The translations under genes were made by a program, and so were the position numbers. The notes below the pieces were generated by a model that ran no database searches, was not told where the DNA came from, and saw only the letters and a program-made list of their open reading frames with translations. A stretch of DNA of 63,942 nt, filler included, from Thelocarpon superellum (taxonomy: Eukaryota), in assembly GCA_026025795.1 (NCBI GenBank). It is 4 parts of 4 records of this genome, joined end to end, with 100 filler letters (N's around TTAATTAATTAA, not from the genome) between each part and the next. Parts side by side here need not be neighbours in the genome. Positions count along the whole stretch, not along the records: positions 49,793 to 63,942 come from JAPEUG010000438.1; 3 more parts are not named here. The stretch is one strand, 5' to 3'. Shown here piece by piece: positions 52,326 through 63,942 of the stretch; positions within the stretch are counted from its first letter, which is position 1, and every line of letters begins with the position of its first letter.

Positions 52326-54221
52326 TCACTTCTCAAGCAGGAATTCTAGTCCATGCGGAAGTGGACCTTTCGGTGACACGATCTCGTTTCGTTTGGCCCG
52401 GATGCTCTCGGGGCTTTCGCTTCCCATCGCGACCGATTTGTTTCCGGGTGCGTCGCTTCCGATGTCGCTTCCGAGGCTGGAATGAAAGGTTGGTGTGCTG
52501 GGTGGCAGGGTCCGGAAGGGCAGAAGAGGTGATGATGACGATGAAGGCCCATCTAGCGGCTGAAGATTGTCGAGCCCAGACAGTGAGCCATCTCTCAGTC
52601 CATCCGCCGTCTTCGGCAGTGGCGTCATCTTCCCCACGCTATCGTGCACTGTCGAAGCCGGATTTGAAGTCTTGGTGACTTTGAATGTGTTGGTGATGTG
52701 CTGGGTCATCTTCGATGGGACCGTCTTCTTGGTCGTCTTGGCCGTCTTCAACGAGTTCGGTTTCGGCTTCGGCTTCGGCTTTGACTTGGTCGCCAGAGCC
52801 TTGGATGGGCCCGCTTTCTTCGCGGCGGGGAGCTTCTTTCCGAGGTTCACGTGCACAGCCTGCGTCGACTTCAGGTACGGACTGGCCGCGGGCGTCAAGA
52901 TGCTCTGCACCAATTGGGTAGGAGTGGCCAACTTGGTCGAGTTGATGATGACCTGTGGGTCCTGCTGCTCGGCCTTGACCCGAGTCAACTCGGCCTCACC
53001 AACCTCTTGGTATTCGCCCGTTATTTCATCGTCCCACCGACCCATGTTGGCGAGGCGGGCCACCTCGTCGGCATCGCCTCGCACCACAAGATCCCAGCAC
53101 TTGTCAAACTCTCGACTCATCGGTTCCGGCCCATTGTTGATCCAGATGGCCATGCCGTTCCGTCGTCCACGTACCACCCCACACATCTCCTTTACGATCC
53201 GTCGGACGCCAGGTACTTTCAGACTCGTGCCCACCACGATGATGGCATCTGGTCGGCACCGGAGGTCGGCCTGGGATACCGCGCCAATGGCATCCTCGTC
53301 TGGGTTGTACTCATTGTAGAGCACGATCCGGGGACGAAGCTTGCCAATGCCATGGCTTCGCTTGCCCGCAATGGTGGTCCGCACCGAGTCCAGCTGTACG
53401 CAATCGGGGCAGGAAGGGGGCTCCGGGCCCTCAAATAGGCTGGCATCGAAATTCGAGAGGCTGTTGCATTTCTGGCATACCATCTTGCCCAAGCCTCCGT
53501 GCAGTTGGATCGTGCGTGGCCAGGGGCCTTTGGCGCTCAAGGGAACATCCGTTGCCAGCGGTGGGAGGGATGTGTCGATGCCATCCACATTTTGCGAGTA
53601 CAGCCGCAGGAGCCGGCCCTGCTGTGCAAGGGTGGCCAAGAGGTGATGGAAGGGAGTCGGTTCCGTGGAGGTGACGAGGTGAGACAAGGAACGGACCATG
53701 TCATGAAAGGACGCGGTCGAGGCATCCGTCTTGTAGACGGAGGCATCGAACAGATGCTTGCCCGACGCCTTGATCTTGTGTTGGGTGCGCAAGGTCCGAA
53801 ACAGGCCCGTGGAGGAGCGGAAGTCAGGAATCCCTGCCGACACCGAGATGCCCGCACCGACGACCACGACAATCTTCCGCCTCGTCCTCAAGACCTGGAG
53901 CAGAGCGTCCAGATGCGGGCGGTGGGTGGGCTGTCGCTCGTCCACGTCCTGCGGCGGTCGGGAGGAGAACAAGCGCAGATCAAGGTACTCGGTCGTGCGA
54001 GGCTTGGGCGCGGCCGTCTTCCGCTTCTTCGCCGGGGGGGGACCATCTCCGTCGTCGGTCTGTGATCGGGGTCGTCCGACCAGGCCAACGGATGCGGAGT
54101 CGCCCAATTCCTGGGACGAGGAGGGGGATGGGTAGGCGTCCGGGGGCGATGGAGAGCGCGAGGGGAGCGAAGATAGCGGCGACGAACAATCGCCGGAGTC
54201 CCACGGCGAACAGAGGGCCAT
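52326..54221 (-). CDS. HST4: NAD-dependent sirtuin deacetylase, Hst3/Hst4 class
   Basis: GAGISVSAGIPDFRSSTGLF, RLYSQNVDGID, IQLHGGL, CQKC..CPDC, GKRSHGIGKLRPRIVLYNE and VGTSLKVPG. The first ATG gives MALCSPW. Confidence 0.9.
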   Translation of the reverse strand: MALCSPWDSGDCSSPLSSLPSRSPSPPDAYPSPSSSQELGDSASVGLVGRPRSQTDDGDGPPPAKKRKTAAPKPRTTEYLDLRLFSSRPPQDVDERQPTHRPHLDALLQVLRTRRKIVVVVGAGISVSAGIPDFRSSTGLFRTLRTQHKIKASGKHLFDASVYKTDASTASFHDMVRSLSHLVTSTEPTPFHHLLATLAQQGRLLRLYSQNVDGIDTSLPPLATDVPLSAKGPWPRTIQLHGGLGKMVCQKCNSLSNFDASLFEGPEPPSCPDCVQLDSVRTTIAGKRSHGIGKLRPRIVLYNEYNPDEDAIGAVSQADLRCRPDAIIVVGTSLKVPGVRRIVKEMCGVVRGRRNGMAIWINNGPEPMSREFDKCWDLVVRGDADEVARLANMGRWDDEITGEYQEVGEAELTRVKAEQQDPQVIINSTKLATPTQLVQSILTPAASPYLKSTQAVHVNLGKKLPAAKKAGPSKALATKSKPKPKPKPNSLKTAKTTKKTVPSKMTQHITNTFKVTKTSNPASTVHDSVGKMTPLPKTADGLRDGSLSGLDNLQPLDGPSSSSSPLLPFRTLPPSTPTFHSSLGSDIGSDAPGNKSVAMGSESPESIRAKRNEIVSPKGPLPHGLEFLLEK

Positions 54222-55662
54222 GGCGATGGGTCGGGCGGATACGAGTCGTACAAAGGTCAGCAATGCCCACGGCCGTGTTTTGACATCTTGCTGGGACGCA
54301 GGGGAATCCGAAGAATGGAAATGGACATATGACAAGGTACGATCAGAAGATGAGGGCGGAAGAGGAGGGTGGTTGATTGGCCTGGTCCCGACCAGTGCCC
54401 GTCGCCAGGTAAGTCGGATCGACTCCTCGTTTTCTGGCTGCTAAACGATGGGCTGGGTGTGCTGGGCGTGCTGGGCCTTGCACCTGCTGGGCGGATGTTG
54501 GGGTAGGGCCTGGGTGGGCGGGAGCGGGATCTGTCCATGTGCCCGCCAACGCAGCCGAGCGTTGCATTCGGTTGGCTTGCGTGCTGCACACCACGGGGGG
54601 ATGGGGGGACTGGCGACAGCCGGCTTGCGGGTTGCGGGTGAAGGGTCGTGGGTGGTGGGTAGTGCCTCGTTTGTTTTGGCCGGCTTCGCTGTTGTATTCC
54701 CGTACACAAGCTCCGCACAGGCACCCGGTGGCATCCTGGTGGGCCGCCACACCTACCCACCGTCTCCACCGCCCTCCCACGCTACTCCCCACACTTTTAC
54801 CGGAGTGAATGGTCGTCCAGCATACCGACCCATTAGTCAATACATCTGACCTCGCAATATGCAGCCAGGAAGCCACAGAGCTTCGCATGTTCTTTGATCC
54901 AACCCATCCCGCAGGCCGCAGGGATCCGTAGCTACTTCTTCGTCGTCACGGTGCGCTCTGTTCCGGTCTGCAGAGCTCTGTGGTCAGCGGTCGGGAGCTA
55001 TAGCCGACGTCGTCTGAAGCCTGTCGCTTCGACATGCCCGCCCACGCACCGAATTGAGCGTTCCAACGAAAAGGCGTCGCATCGCAGCAGAAGTTGGAAT
55101 TTTGGTTGTTCTCCTTGATCCCAACTGACAAGAGTCGAGCCAATATAACCCTGTCCCCGTATCGCCGACCGTGAGGCCAACGCTCTCTGCTCTACGCGCC
55201 CTTGCCGCAGAGCCGCGTCCAGGGTGGAAGCGAGTAGCCGCGCCCACATCGGCCCAACTAGCGCCTGCGACCGAGTCCACGTACAAACACTCCCAGAGAG
55301 CTGACTGGTACACTCCCCCGCCTGGACCTTGGGACAGAGTCCGTATCGGTGCCTTGGTCATTCGATCGTACGAATCCAAGGAAAAGAACTCGACCTCCTC
55401 GGATTGCCGGTCTGCTCGTTGTTTCCGCTGCAGCAGTCTCCAAAGCGGCCAGACCTTGTTGGCAGCGAGGGTGCGGGAACAGGCAAACTCGCACCTCGCC
55501 AATGTTCCTTTTCCTGGTCGCCATGTCGTGAATGAATTGTGGTTGGGGACTGCATTTTCATCGGCCCACCGTGTACATGGCCCAGCCCCACCGCCGGACG
55601 ATGGGGCTTTGATAGTATAGCTACGGGTCGCGATTGCGTCGTCACGTTCATCGGTGTGCCTG

Positions 55663-58531
55663 ATGCCACTCATCATGGACGGCGGTCTGGACATGAATGA
55701 GCTGTTTGGCGAGGAACCGCCGCCGTCCGTGCCGCCGGCCCCCATCCGCAAGGGCCTGAGTCCACGCATCGAGGAGCTTCGTCTGAGTGGATGCTGCACG
55801 TCAGTGGACATGACTCACTCCACCCCTTCTGCATCGTGCCCGCACGCTGACATGCAGTAGGAGGGTGGCCTGGTCCAAGATCGGAAATATCGCCTACATC
55901 AATCGGCTTGGTGATGGCATCATCTTGCGCAACTACGTGTGCCATCCGGAGGATGGCAAGTGGGGCTTGACGGAAGAATGCCCCATCCCACAGCTCCCCC
56001 CCGCCCCCGAAGGTCAATCCTACGTGCATCTGGGATGGAGTCATTCCGGCTCCGAGCTGGCCGTGGTCGATACCATGGGCCGTGTGGCCATCTTATCCGT
56101 CGCCGTCGCGATGAACCGATTCCTTCTGTCGCGGCCCGGCGATACGCTGCAGGAAGACGATCTTGGTGCCGTGGCGGGCATGATCTGGCTCCAAGTCGAC
56201 CGCCAGTTTCCCGTCTACCGGCCGGCCGTCAAGGCCGACGACGGGTATCAGTATCTAGGCTCCTCCCACAAGACCATGGGGCCCTTTCACCCTTATAGCG
56301 TCCAGGGCAGGTCCGCACTGATCTGCCTGACGCGAGGAGGCGCAGTGCGACTGCTTTACCAGCAGGTCGATCAGCGCTGGCTGGACGTCAAGGCGGAGCT
56401 GGAGACCCTTGGCGGCTCGATTGATGTCATCTCACATGCCTCCTTCGCGACCGAAAAAGGTAACGATGCCGCTCTGGGGGGGGATTCGCTGGCGCTGAGC
56501 TCACCGTGGTACAGAGAACTCCTTACTCCTGCTCGTCCGTACCGTGGCTGCACAACATCATCTGTTCCGCGTAGAGATCAACTGGAATCTCCCGGCCGCA
56601 CCGAAGCCGCCGACGCAACCCGCTCCTCTTCCAGTTCCGAAGGTCATCGTGAGTCCAATCAAGACGTTGGACTCGTCCCTGGAAGACGCAAGCCTAGTCT
56701 CCAAAGTCTCTGAGGATGTGGGGGTCCCTCCACGGCTGTCCCACTTGGAATTGATTCCGGTCACGCCACACGCGAAGAATAGCGAACAAACCTTTCCTAC
56801 CATCATCGCCGTCTTTTCTCATCTTCCCGACCCCGACGCGCATGACGAGTCGGCTGCGTTTAGCACGATCTTGCGATGGGAGCTACGAGAGCTGGCACAG
56901 AAGCTGCATGGCAGCTTCGACCAGCTGACGTCGAAAAAGAACAGCGCGAGTGCGGCAAAGAAGGTGAGGGCACAGTGGGAGGCAAGCGACATGCGAGGCT
57001 AATCGGATCACAGCAATCGCTCCATCTCGTCCACATCGACGGGACGAGAGTCGATAACGTGGTGCTGTCCGTCCAGCAGCTGACCTTCAGCCTGATCGTG
57101 GCCCTCACATACAGCGACGGGACGATCGAGTACCGCGACCGCATGACGATGAAGGCGCTGACTTTCGACGATGACTTTCAGAAGGTAGGCAGTCTGGCCC
57201 AAGTGGGCTTCGCCTTTCCCGCCGGCGAGCCATGCCTTCACACGGCGCTGTCGCAGAATTTCAGCCTGGCCGTCACCATGGACGCGGAAGGCGAGGTGCA
57301 GGTCAAGTCGATGCAATACAGTCTCGAACAGCTCGAGGAAGAGCCGGGCGATCCGCGCTTCGAAGCTGCGGTGGTGGCCCTGACCTTACAGCTCGTATAC
57401 TGTTGCACCCAGATGAACAACGCCGATGACATCCTCGCCCTTGGCCAGCGGGCCTTCGCTCCCGGCACGGGGAATCATGTCTTGAGCCAATTTCAGCGGG
57501 CGCTCTCCCTGAACCTCGATTATACGGTCGATCCCCAACACGAGCGGCTCTTCCGCAACCCGTTCTTCCAGCAATATCTCAGCATGCAGCATTCCATGGG
57601 CTACCGAGGCGATCGTGAGCACCGGACGCTGACCTCCAAATCGGCTTGGATCACGCTGCAACTGCGCAACGTGGCGCGGACCTTTGCCTACTCCCTCAAT
57701 AGCGGGGCGAAGGGGGGACCGGGATCCGAGAGCGACTACACGCGGCCGGAAGTGCTGCAATCATTATTCGGCATCCTGAAATGGTCGGTCGACGTCAACA
57801 ATTTCCTCGTGGACGAGCTGTTGGCACTCGGCGACCTCCTCCGGGGCCAGCTCGACGACGTCGACTTCATCCAGCGCACCCTCCGCGAGACCAACTCCTG
57901 CGCCCTGCTCCTGATCCTCGGCAGCGTGTCGCGCACCTTTCTGCGCTACAACGCGCGAGCCCTGCACGGGCTCAGCAGCGCCTCGCACAAAGGCGTGCAA
58001 GCGACACAACGCGGCGACCAGAAACAAGCCTTCACGAGCGTCATGGGAGTCATCGACACCAGCCCGGTGAAGGTGAGCCAGCTCGAGCGCATGCTGGCAG
58101 AGCTGGACAACGAGATGAAAACGGCCTACCAGACCTTCAACCTCAGCGAAGCAGAGCGCAGCATCGCGGAGAAGACGCTCCTCGTGCACGCGCAGGTGGC
58201 CAAGCCCTTCCAGCCTGTCATCAAGAAACTCTTCTCCACCACCCTCGACGCCCTCCGTCGCGAGATCGACCCGGCTGCGATCTACTTCGCCGACTACTCC
58301 TGGCTAGGCCTCAGCGACGATCGCCGCACCGATGCCTATCGTCGCTCCCGCCTCGTCGACTGTATGAAAAAGGTCCCCATCTCTCCGGGTGTCCCGCTGC
58401 GTCGCTGCACCCGCTGCTGCGCATACATGGAGGATGCGGCCCCCGGAAAGACGACGAGTGCCTACATGGCAAGCCTCCAGAAGGCATGTTTTTGCGGCAG
58501 TTTGTTTCGCTTGGTCGATGCGAAGAAGTAG
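55663..58531 (+). CDS. MED16: Mediator subunit 16 (Sin4), 4 exons
   Basis: MDGGLDMNELFGE...RIEELRLSGCC|..VAWSKIGNIAYI, HLGWSHSGSELAVVD, ISHASF and C-terminal LRRCTRC...ACFCG. Confidence 0.9.
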
Positions 58532-58650
58532 GCGCTTGAGGATTCTCGTGCGTGGCTGGAGGAGGTTCTGCTGTTGAAGGTCAGGGGTGTTTTACATATC
58601 TGTCTAATTCTGGTGGTGGCATGTCTGAATACATGGCGAATGAATCCTCG

Positions 58651-59706
58651 TCACGACCCCTTCCTCCCCTCTTGTCCCTCCTCCTCTTCCAACATGGATC
58701 TTCGTCCCTCCATGGTAAAATACAGGTTGCGACTCGCGCTCTCCAACGTGCTTGTCAAGCCACCGCCAAGGCCTTGTAGCATAGCCACCAGCTGGGCACG
58801 GAGACCCTCTAGTCCGCCCTCGAGGCTGCCGACCCACTTGGTGCCGTCGGGGTCAAACACCTTGCCCTCGATGCGCGCACCCAGGAGCAGTAGCTTCTGG
58901 AGCCCGAACTGGACGGCGGGCTCGTGGTAGCCGGGGTTGGTGCGGCGCGGGGGGGCCGGGAAGAGCGGCGCGTGGGGCGCGAGGATGGACAGGGACGCTT
59001 TGAGATGCTGCGGCGTGACGGTAGGGAAGCTGAGGACGGCGAGTGGGCCAGACAGGAGCGGCGCCAGCGCATGCGTGAGCTTCTTGTTCACGACGGCGTC
59101 GTGGGCCGCGCGCGAGAGGCCGTGGGTGAAGATGGGATCGCTGGAGCTGCCGGTCGTATCGGGGATGGTGGCTGATGACGGGGTGTGCGGGTCTGTCGGA
59201 TGCTGGGGGAGACTTTCGAGACGGTGCTCGGGGTGGTAGTACTCCACCACGCGCAAGGCGGCGGCAAAGATGCCTGTCTGGATGATCTGGAGCTTGATGC
59301 CCTCGGCCATGGGCGCCTCCCGGATTCCTTGTGCCGCCCGGGTATCATCGACCTTGCGCAGGGCCAGGGCCAGTTCTCGCCGTACGCCCATCCATTCCAT
59401 CGACGTCAGGTTGTTGTGCTGGAAGAGGAGCATCAGCGGATTGGCCCGCAGCAGCGAGGAATACTGTCGGTGCAGCTGCGATTTTCGGAATTGTGGTGGC
59501 TTGTGGGAGGGGGGCTGGTGCGGAGGATATCGGGCAACGGGCGAAGTCGAGGTCGCGGCATCCTCAATTGAAGGTGCAGGCGTGATTGGAGCGGTCGTGG
59601 TGGCATATCTTTTGCTCAGACGTGATGAGATGGGCCGATGGAGGTGGAGGTGGAGGCAGAGGACACTGCACGGCTGCCTCGACCGCACTGGAGCACGACG
59701 ATGCAT
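58651..59706 (-). CDS. MRPL11: Mitochondrial ribosomal protein uL10m
   Basis: PPSHKPPQFRKSQLHRQY, LLFQHNNL, LAPLLSGPLAV, KLLLLGARIEGKVFD and GLEGLRAQLVAML. Arg-rich presequence. Confidence 0.85.
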   Translation of the reverse strand: MHRRAPVRSRQPCSVLCLHLHLHRPISSRLSKRYATTTAPITPAPSIEDAATSTSPVARYPPHQPPSHKPPQFRKSQLHRQYSSLLRANPLMLLFQHNNLTSMEWMGVRRELALALRKVDDTRAAQGIREAPMAEGIKLQIIQTGIFAAALRVVEYYHPEHRLESLPQHPTDPHTPSSATIPDTTGSSSDPIFTHGLSRAAHDAVVNKKLTHALAPLLSGPLAVLSFPTVTPQHLKASLSILAPHAPLFPAPPRRTNPGYHEPAVQFGLQKLLLLGARIEGKVFDPDGTKWVGSLEGGLEGLRAQLVAMLQGLGGGLTSTLESASRNLYFTMEGRRSMLEEEEGQEGRKGS

Positions 59707-60124
59707 CACGATAGATGAAGGAATGGGAGCCTCTCAGGCTGTGAATGTGATGAGCCTGGCATTACACCCATACAGAGTGTATCACGACGGTCGCATGTTC
59801 CAGCGTATACAGACTCACGGAGTGCTCGTTATGCTCGTACCTGCACCAGTGCAATGTCGGGTGGTCTTGCTGGACACGCTGGAACCAAGATGTGTCTCCC
59901 GTTACAAGTCCTGCCACGCTAGAGTCGTTGACTAAGTCTTAGCTGCAGAGGCTACGTCCAGTCCTTGTCCAGCGATACCCGGCATTGGTGCCCATCCGGA
60001 CCAGTAACCAGATCTATATACGGGTGTCACACATTCCGAGAGGTGCCATGTCTACTGGCGAGTCCTTGGTTAACGACTCAGGTAATATCCGGTGCTTCAT
60101 GTGCGCCTGATCCAGGTGCACTCG

Positions 60125-61463
60125 ATGGCGCAGCTGGCCATGATGCCGGGTGTGGAACCCAGTCAGACACCAAAGATCTCCATCACCCCACTGCTCAAGC
60201 GATTGTGGCCCAAGTCCCAACCTCCGCATGTCACGGCCGATGAGATTGCGCTGGCTGTCTCGCACATCTTCTCCGATCAATTGTCCTTGGTGCAGACCGG
60301 TGCGCTCTTGACCGCCTTGCATTTCGCGGAGTGGGATCTCCAAGCCGATGTCATTGCCAAATGTGCCCAGGCCATGAGGGCCGCGGCAGTCCCGGTGGAT
60401 CTGGAGGCGCTGGACGAGATGGTGCGGGAGAGGAGACGGGAGCGGGGGGGCTATCGAGGTGGTCTGGTGAGACTCTCACCCTATGATCTACGTGAACACC
60501 ACATGCCGTCCTCTCCACATGTTCTAACCGTGGGCCAAGTGTGACGTGGTGGGCACCGGGGGTGACGACCACTCGACCTTCAACATCTCCACCACGGCAT
60601 CTATCCTGGCGTCGGCGCTCCTCGTCGTCAGCAAGCATGGCAACCGGGCGGCGACGTCCAAGTCCGGCGCGGCCGACGTGCTGAACGCCATGGCTCCGAC
60701 GCCCCCCAACATCGCGGCCGTGACGCCGCAGACGCTGCGAGAGGTGTATCAGAAGACCAACTACGCCTTTCTGTTTGCCCCCGTCTTTCACCCAGGAATG
60801 AAGTACGTCGCCACGGTGCGGAAAGAGCTGGGTTGGCGAACGATTTTCAACTTGCTCGGCCCGCTTGCCAACCCCGTCGAGGGTCTGATCGAAGCAAGGG
60901 TGATCGGCGTGGCGCGCAGGGAGCTCGGTGCGACCTTTGCCGAAGCTCTACGGATGGGAGGCTCGCGGAAAGCCCTGGTCGTGTGCGGGGCCGAGGATCT
61001 GGACGAGATCAGCTGCGCCGGCCCGACCTTCTGCTGGCGTCTGACCGAGAAGGTTCCCTCCCAGCGAGACGGAACCGATGGGGTAGAGATGGACCATTTC
61101 ACCCTGTCGCCCCCCGACTTTGGTCTGCCCATCCACCCCTTGTCCGAGGTGGCGCCCGGGAGGATGCCGCATGAAAATGCCGTCATCCTCTCCAAGCTCC
61201 TGCAGAACCAGCTCGACCCGGAAGACCCCATCTTGCACTTCGTGCTTATGAACACCGCCGCCCTGTTCGTCGTCGCCGGCGTGTGCGACACGAACCCGGA
61301 CTCGCATCCTTCCTCCGTGCCTGGGGCGATCCTGGCGGAGCGAGGACCAGGCGGGGGCCGGTGGAAGGAAGGAGTGCGGCTGGCAAGATGGGCCGTGGAG
61401 AGCGGCGCGGCATGGCGATCATGGTCCAGCTTCGTGCAAGTAAGTAATAGCTTTGAGGGGTGA
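60125..61463 (+). CDS. TRP4: Anthranilate phosphoribosyltransferase, 2 exons
   Basis: GGL|CDVVGTGGDDHSTFNIST, SKHGNRAATSKSGAADVL, FLFAPVFHPGM, RTIFNLLGPLANP and DLDEIS. Confidence 0.96.
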
Positions 61464-61666
61464 TGCGTGCATCATGTGTAGTTCGCCATCGAGTCCGCGT
61501 TTAACAGACTCGATACCAGTAGAGGTTCAGCGTCGGAGATACACTGCCACCGGCTCGCCGGCCAATCCACCCGTATGTAGTCTTTGCATTCCGTAGGAAC
61601 CCCATCCAGCATCATGTAAAGAGCGACCGACGCCCTTCCTTCCTTCCTTCCACAGGTCCGCATCTC

Positions 61667-62054
61667 TCATCGCGCCTCAAACTGCACCATCCTAGACACA
61701 CGCACACGAATCAGCATCTCCATCAGCACCTCCATCTCCGCCACCTCAACCCACGCCTCCTCCGACTCCCACGCAGAGCTCATGACGAGGGCGGACGACT
61801 CCAACTCACCGCTTAGTCCGCTCTTTATACAGCACCCGATGCCCACACTCCTTGCATCGGATGGGATCTCCGCGCTTGAGCGGCACCTTGGAATTGCACT
61901 CGCCGCACAGGTAATTGATCGCTGGCCCGGACCCGTCCCCGGCCCCGCCCGTCTGCCCGCTGTAGTTTGCACCGCTGCCCGTGCCGCTTCCGCCCGCGCC
62001 GCCGACGGCAAAGGTCGGCGAGCCGGTCGGGACGTGATATTCTTCTCGTGACAT
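61667..62054 (-). CDS. RPC10: RNA polymerase I/II/III shared subunit RPABC4 (Rpb12/Rpc10), 2 exons
   Basis: [44 protein letters not shown]. Confidence 0.96.
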
Positions 62055-63323
62055 CTTGGATGGATCGTAGCTAGCTGGAGGATAGGTGCAGGTGGACAGT
62101 GGAGGTTGAGTGGGATGGAGGCAACGGCTGACGAAAGAAAGTTATGCTGGGCGAGTGGTCGAGGTGGTGGCTGACTTGGCGACTCACTAAACTTATGTGA
62201 CTGACTTTCCTTGATCGGGGCGATTTCGTAGCGGAGCTCACGCCACACCTTGACTACCACTACGTTACTGAAGTCTACCAGAATGACCGTTGATTAGATT
62301 CACGCGGAGCGCTACTGGAAAAACACCAGGGGTTGCTTCAGGACTGATTGCCACGACTAACAAGACACCTGCCATCAAGTCCACACATCTCTTCGCTCAT
62401 AGCCTTTCTCTCCAAAGTTATCGTCACGTGTTCCGCCTCGAGAATGGGCAAGAGCGAGCCTGCAACCCAGCACGGCAACCAAGTCAGAAAGAGTGTGCGA
62501 GTACGTGTTGAGGAGAGGCGGACACTGCCATGTCTCGCAGACACGAAGGACCAACCGCAATCCAATGTCACCTCCCAGGGTCCTTTTCATTGCTCGGGAA
62601 ATGTGGATTCGCCTGGGGGCAACTTCTTCGACCGCGCTGCAACTTGCAGATGAGTCAGCGACCTGATTTGAGAGATCACGCCGATCCTCTTCCTTCAGGA
62701 GACCTTCTCATCATCGCCCCCGTACTGCCTTCCTACGGGGCCTGCGTCTGAGAAGCTTTCCACGCTCAACGAAATCTATATCTTGGCTCCTCCTCGGCCG
62801 TCGCTGCCCTCCGCCGACCGAGTCGTACTGTCTCCTTTCCTCATCATGCCACCACGGATCAAATCGGCTGGTGTGATTAGAGCCTCGAAGGGGCTCTCTA
62901 CTGACCTTTCTAATCTCGTCATGACGACTGAAATCGTCGGCACGCAAGGACCGAGCGACCTGCTCGTCCTGTGTTACTCCCAGGATTGGACTGTGCGGAA
63001 GGTGCCAGGGACCGTGGCGACAGCTACAGGCTTCCTTCCCTTCTTCATAGCCCGTCAAACTCGGGCCGACACGACCTCCTCAAGTACCTCGTCGTGCACT
63101 TGTTTTCTTCTTCCTCTCTCTCCTCCCCTCCTCTCCACTCTCCACACTCATCTAGTCCTTTTTTTTTGGAACCACTCGGGGCCTGTGAGCCGCCCTTCCT
63201 GCGTCGAACCCACTTCTGGGGTGGTGTTCATTCATCGACCGCCGTCACTTTCGTATCGTTCCGGCTTGTACATAGCTTGTGCAATTTTCGCCCTTTCTCT
63301 TCATCAATTGACCCGCCGCCAGC

Positions 63324-63942
63324 ATGGACTATACCGGTATCGTACTTTCCACGGTCGAAGCCGTCCTCTTGATCGGCTGTCCATGCACTCTGCTCACGCC
63401 CATGCCTAGGTCGTCCAAATATGCCGTGGCAGCAAGAGAACATCGCGGCTCATAACGAGCGAGGCGAGCCGGGCAAGCTCGATGGACAGCCCAATGGTGT
63501 GCCGTCGTCTCCGTCCAAGATTGATCGGTCCTTAGCAACTCGCACGCCGCTAGGCGCAGCGGGGAATCGGGTATCAACGGCCAACACAGCGGAGTCGAGC
63601 CAAACAGTCGTGGAGAAGGGGGAGCCTGCCTCTCCACTCGGCAAGCGAATTCATAGTCCATCGATGGAAAGCTCTCAAAAACGCCGCGTGCGTTCGCCCA
63701 TGCTTCACCGCATGGGAGAAAAATGGTCGCCCATGGACTTGATTGACTCCGCCAAGCCTCCGACTCCACCTGGCCAGGACGTGTCCGGCGGTCTTCTTGG
63801 CTCGGAGGGTCGAACCGATGCCCCTACTGAGACGGCCGACGAGGTCGTGGAGGAGCCTTCGTCGGTCATCTTCCCGGGGGACCCATCGCTAGGTGATGGC
63901 ATCCGACGCCAAGACCCGGTGGACCGGACGATGAACCCCAGT
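63324..63942 (+). CDS. 5' part of an unidentified protein running off the window end
   Basis: ATG GAC TAT ACC G, intron 63337-63409 (GTATCG..GCTCAC..TAG), then a frame open to the end (MDYTGRPNMPWQQ...). Preceded by a pyrimidine-rich promoter-like tract. Confidence 0.55.

Noticed and set aside
54984..55811. 275-aa minus-strand ORF, and other long antisense ORFs over real genes (for example 926-1669, 23731-24615, 52567-53319)
   Set aside because: Shadow ORFs expected from high GC and codon bias; no recognisable domains.
60048..60124. Possible upstream TRP4 exon (ATG at about 60048, GTAATA donor)
   Set aside because: The implied intron is only about 33 nt and the join is out of frame with TRP4.

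Overview
GC-rich, intron-containing DNA from a filamentous ascomycete (Pezizomycotina, inferred from gene content and GT..CTRAC..YAG introns). The window is four contigs joined by identical 100-nt artificial spacers (44 N + TTAATTAATTAA + 44 N). Segment lengths fall in order (>=16581, 16482, 16429), so adjacency across the gaps is probably not biological. About 27 protein genes are recognisable, mostly housekeeping: ADH6-like dehydrogenase, TMA46, OST4, YRA1, SBA1/p23, VPS24, FCF2, PNP1, RSM10, MSW1, SET2, SPC3, XRN1, HAT2, FOL2, CTK1, an MFS permease, HST4, MED16, MRPL11, TRP4 and RPB12, plus several uncharacterised proteins. I saw no transposons, CRISPR arrays, tRNAs or rRNAs. The most interesting signals are intronic. 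(1) The 930-nt YRA1 intron has a perfect TACTAAC branch point feeding an alternative acceptor with an immediate stop, a candidate splicing/NMD autoregulatory switch. (2) An FCF2 intron holds a box C/D snoRNA whose guide matches LSU rRNA helix 69 (snR63/SNORD46-like). (3) The long first HAT2 intron holds a candidate H/ACA snoRNA. There is also an RgpF-like putative glycosyltransferase. Exon boundaries were read by eye and all family assignments come from motif recognition, not database searches.
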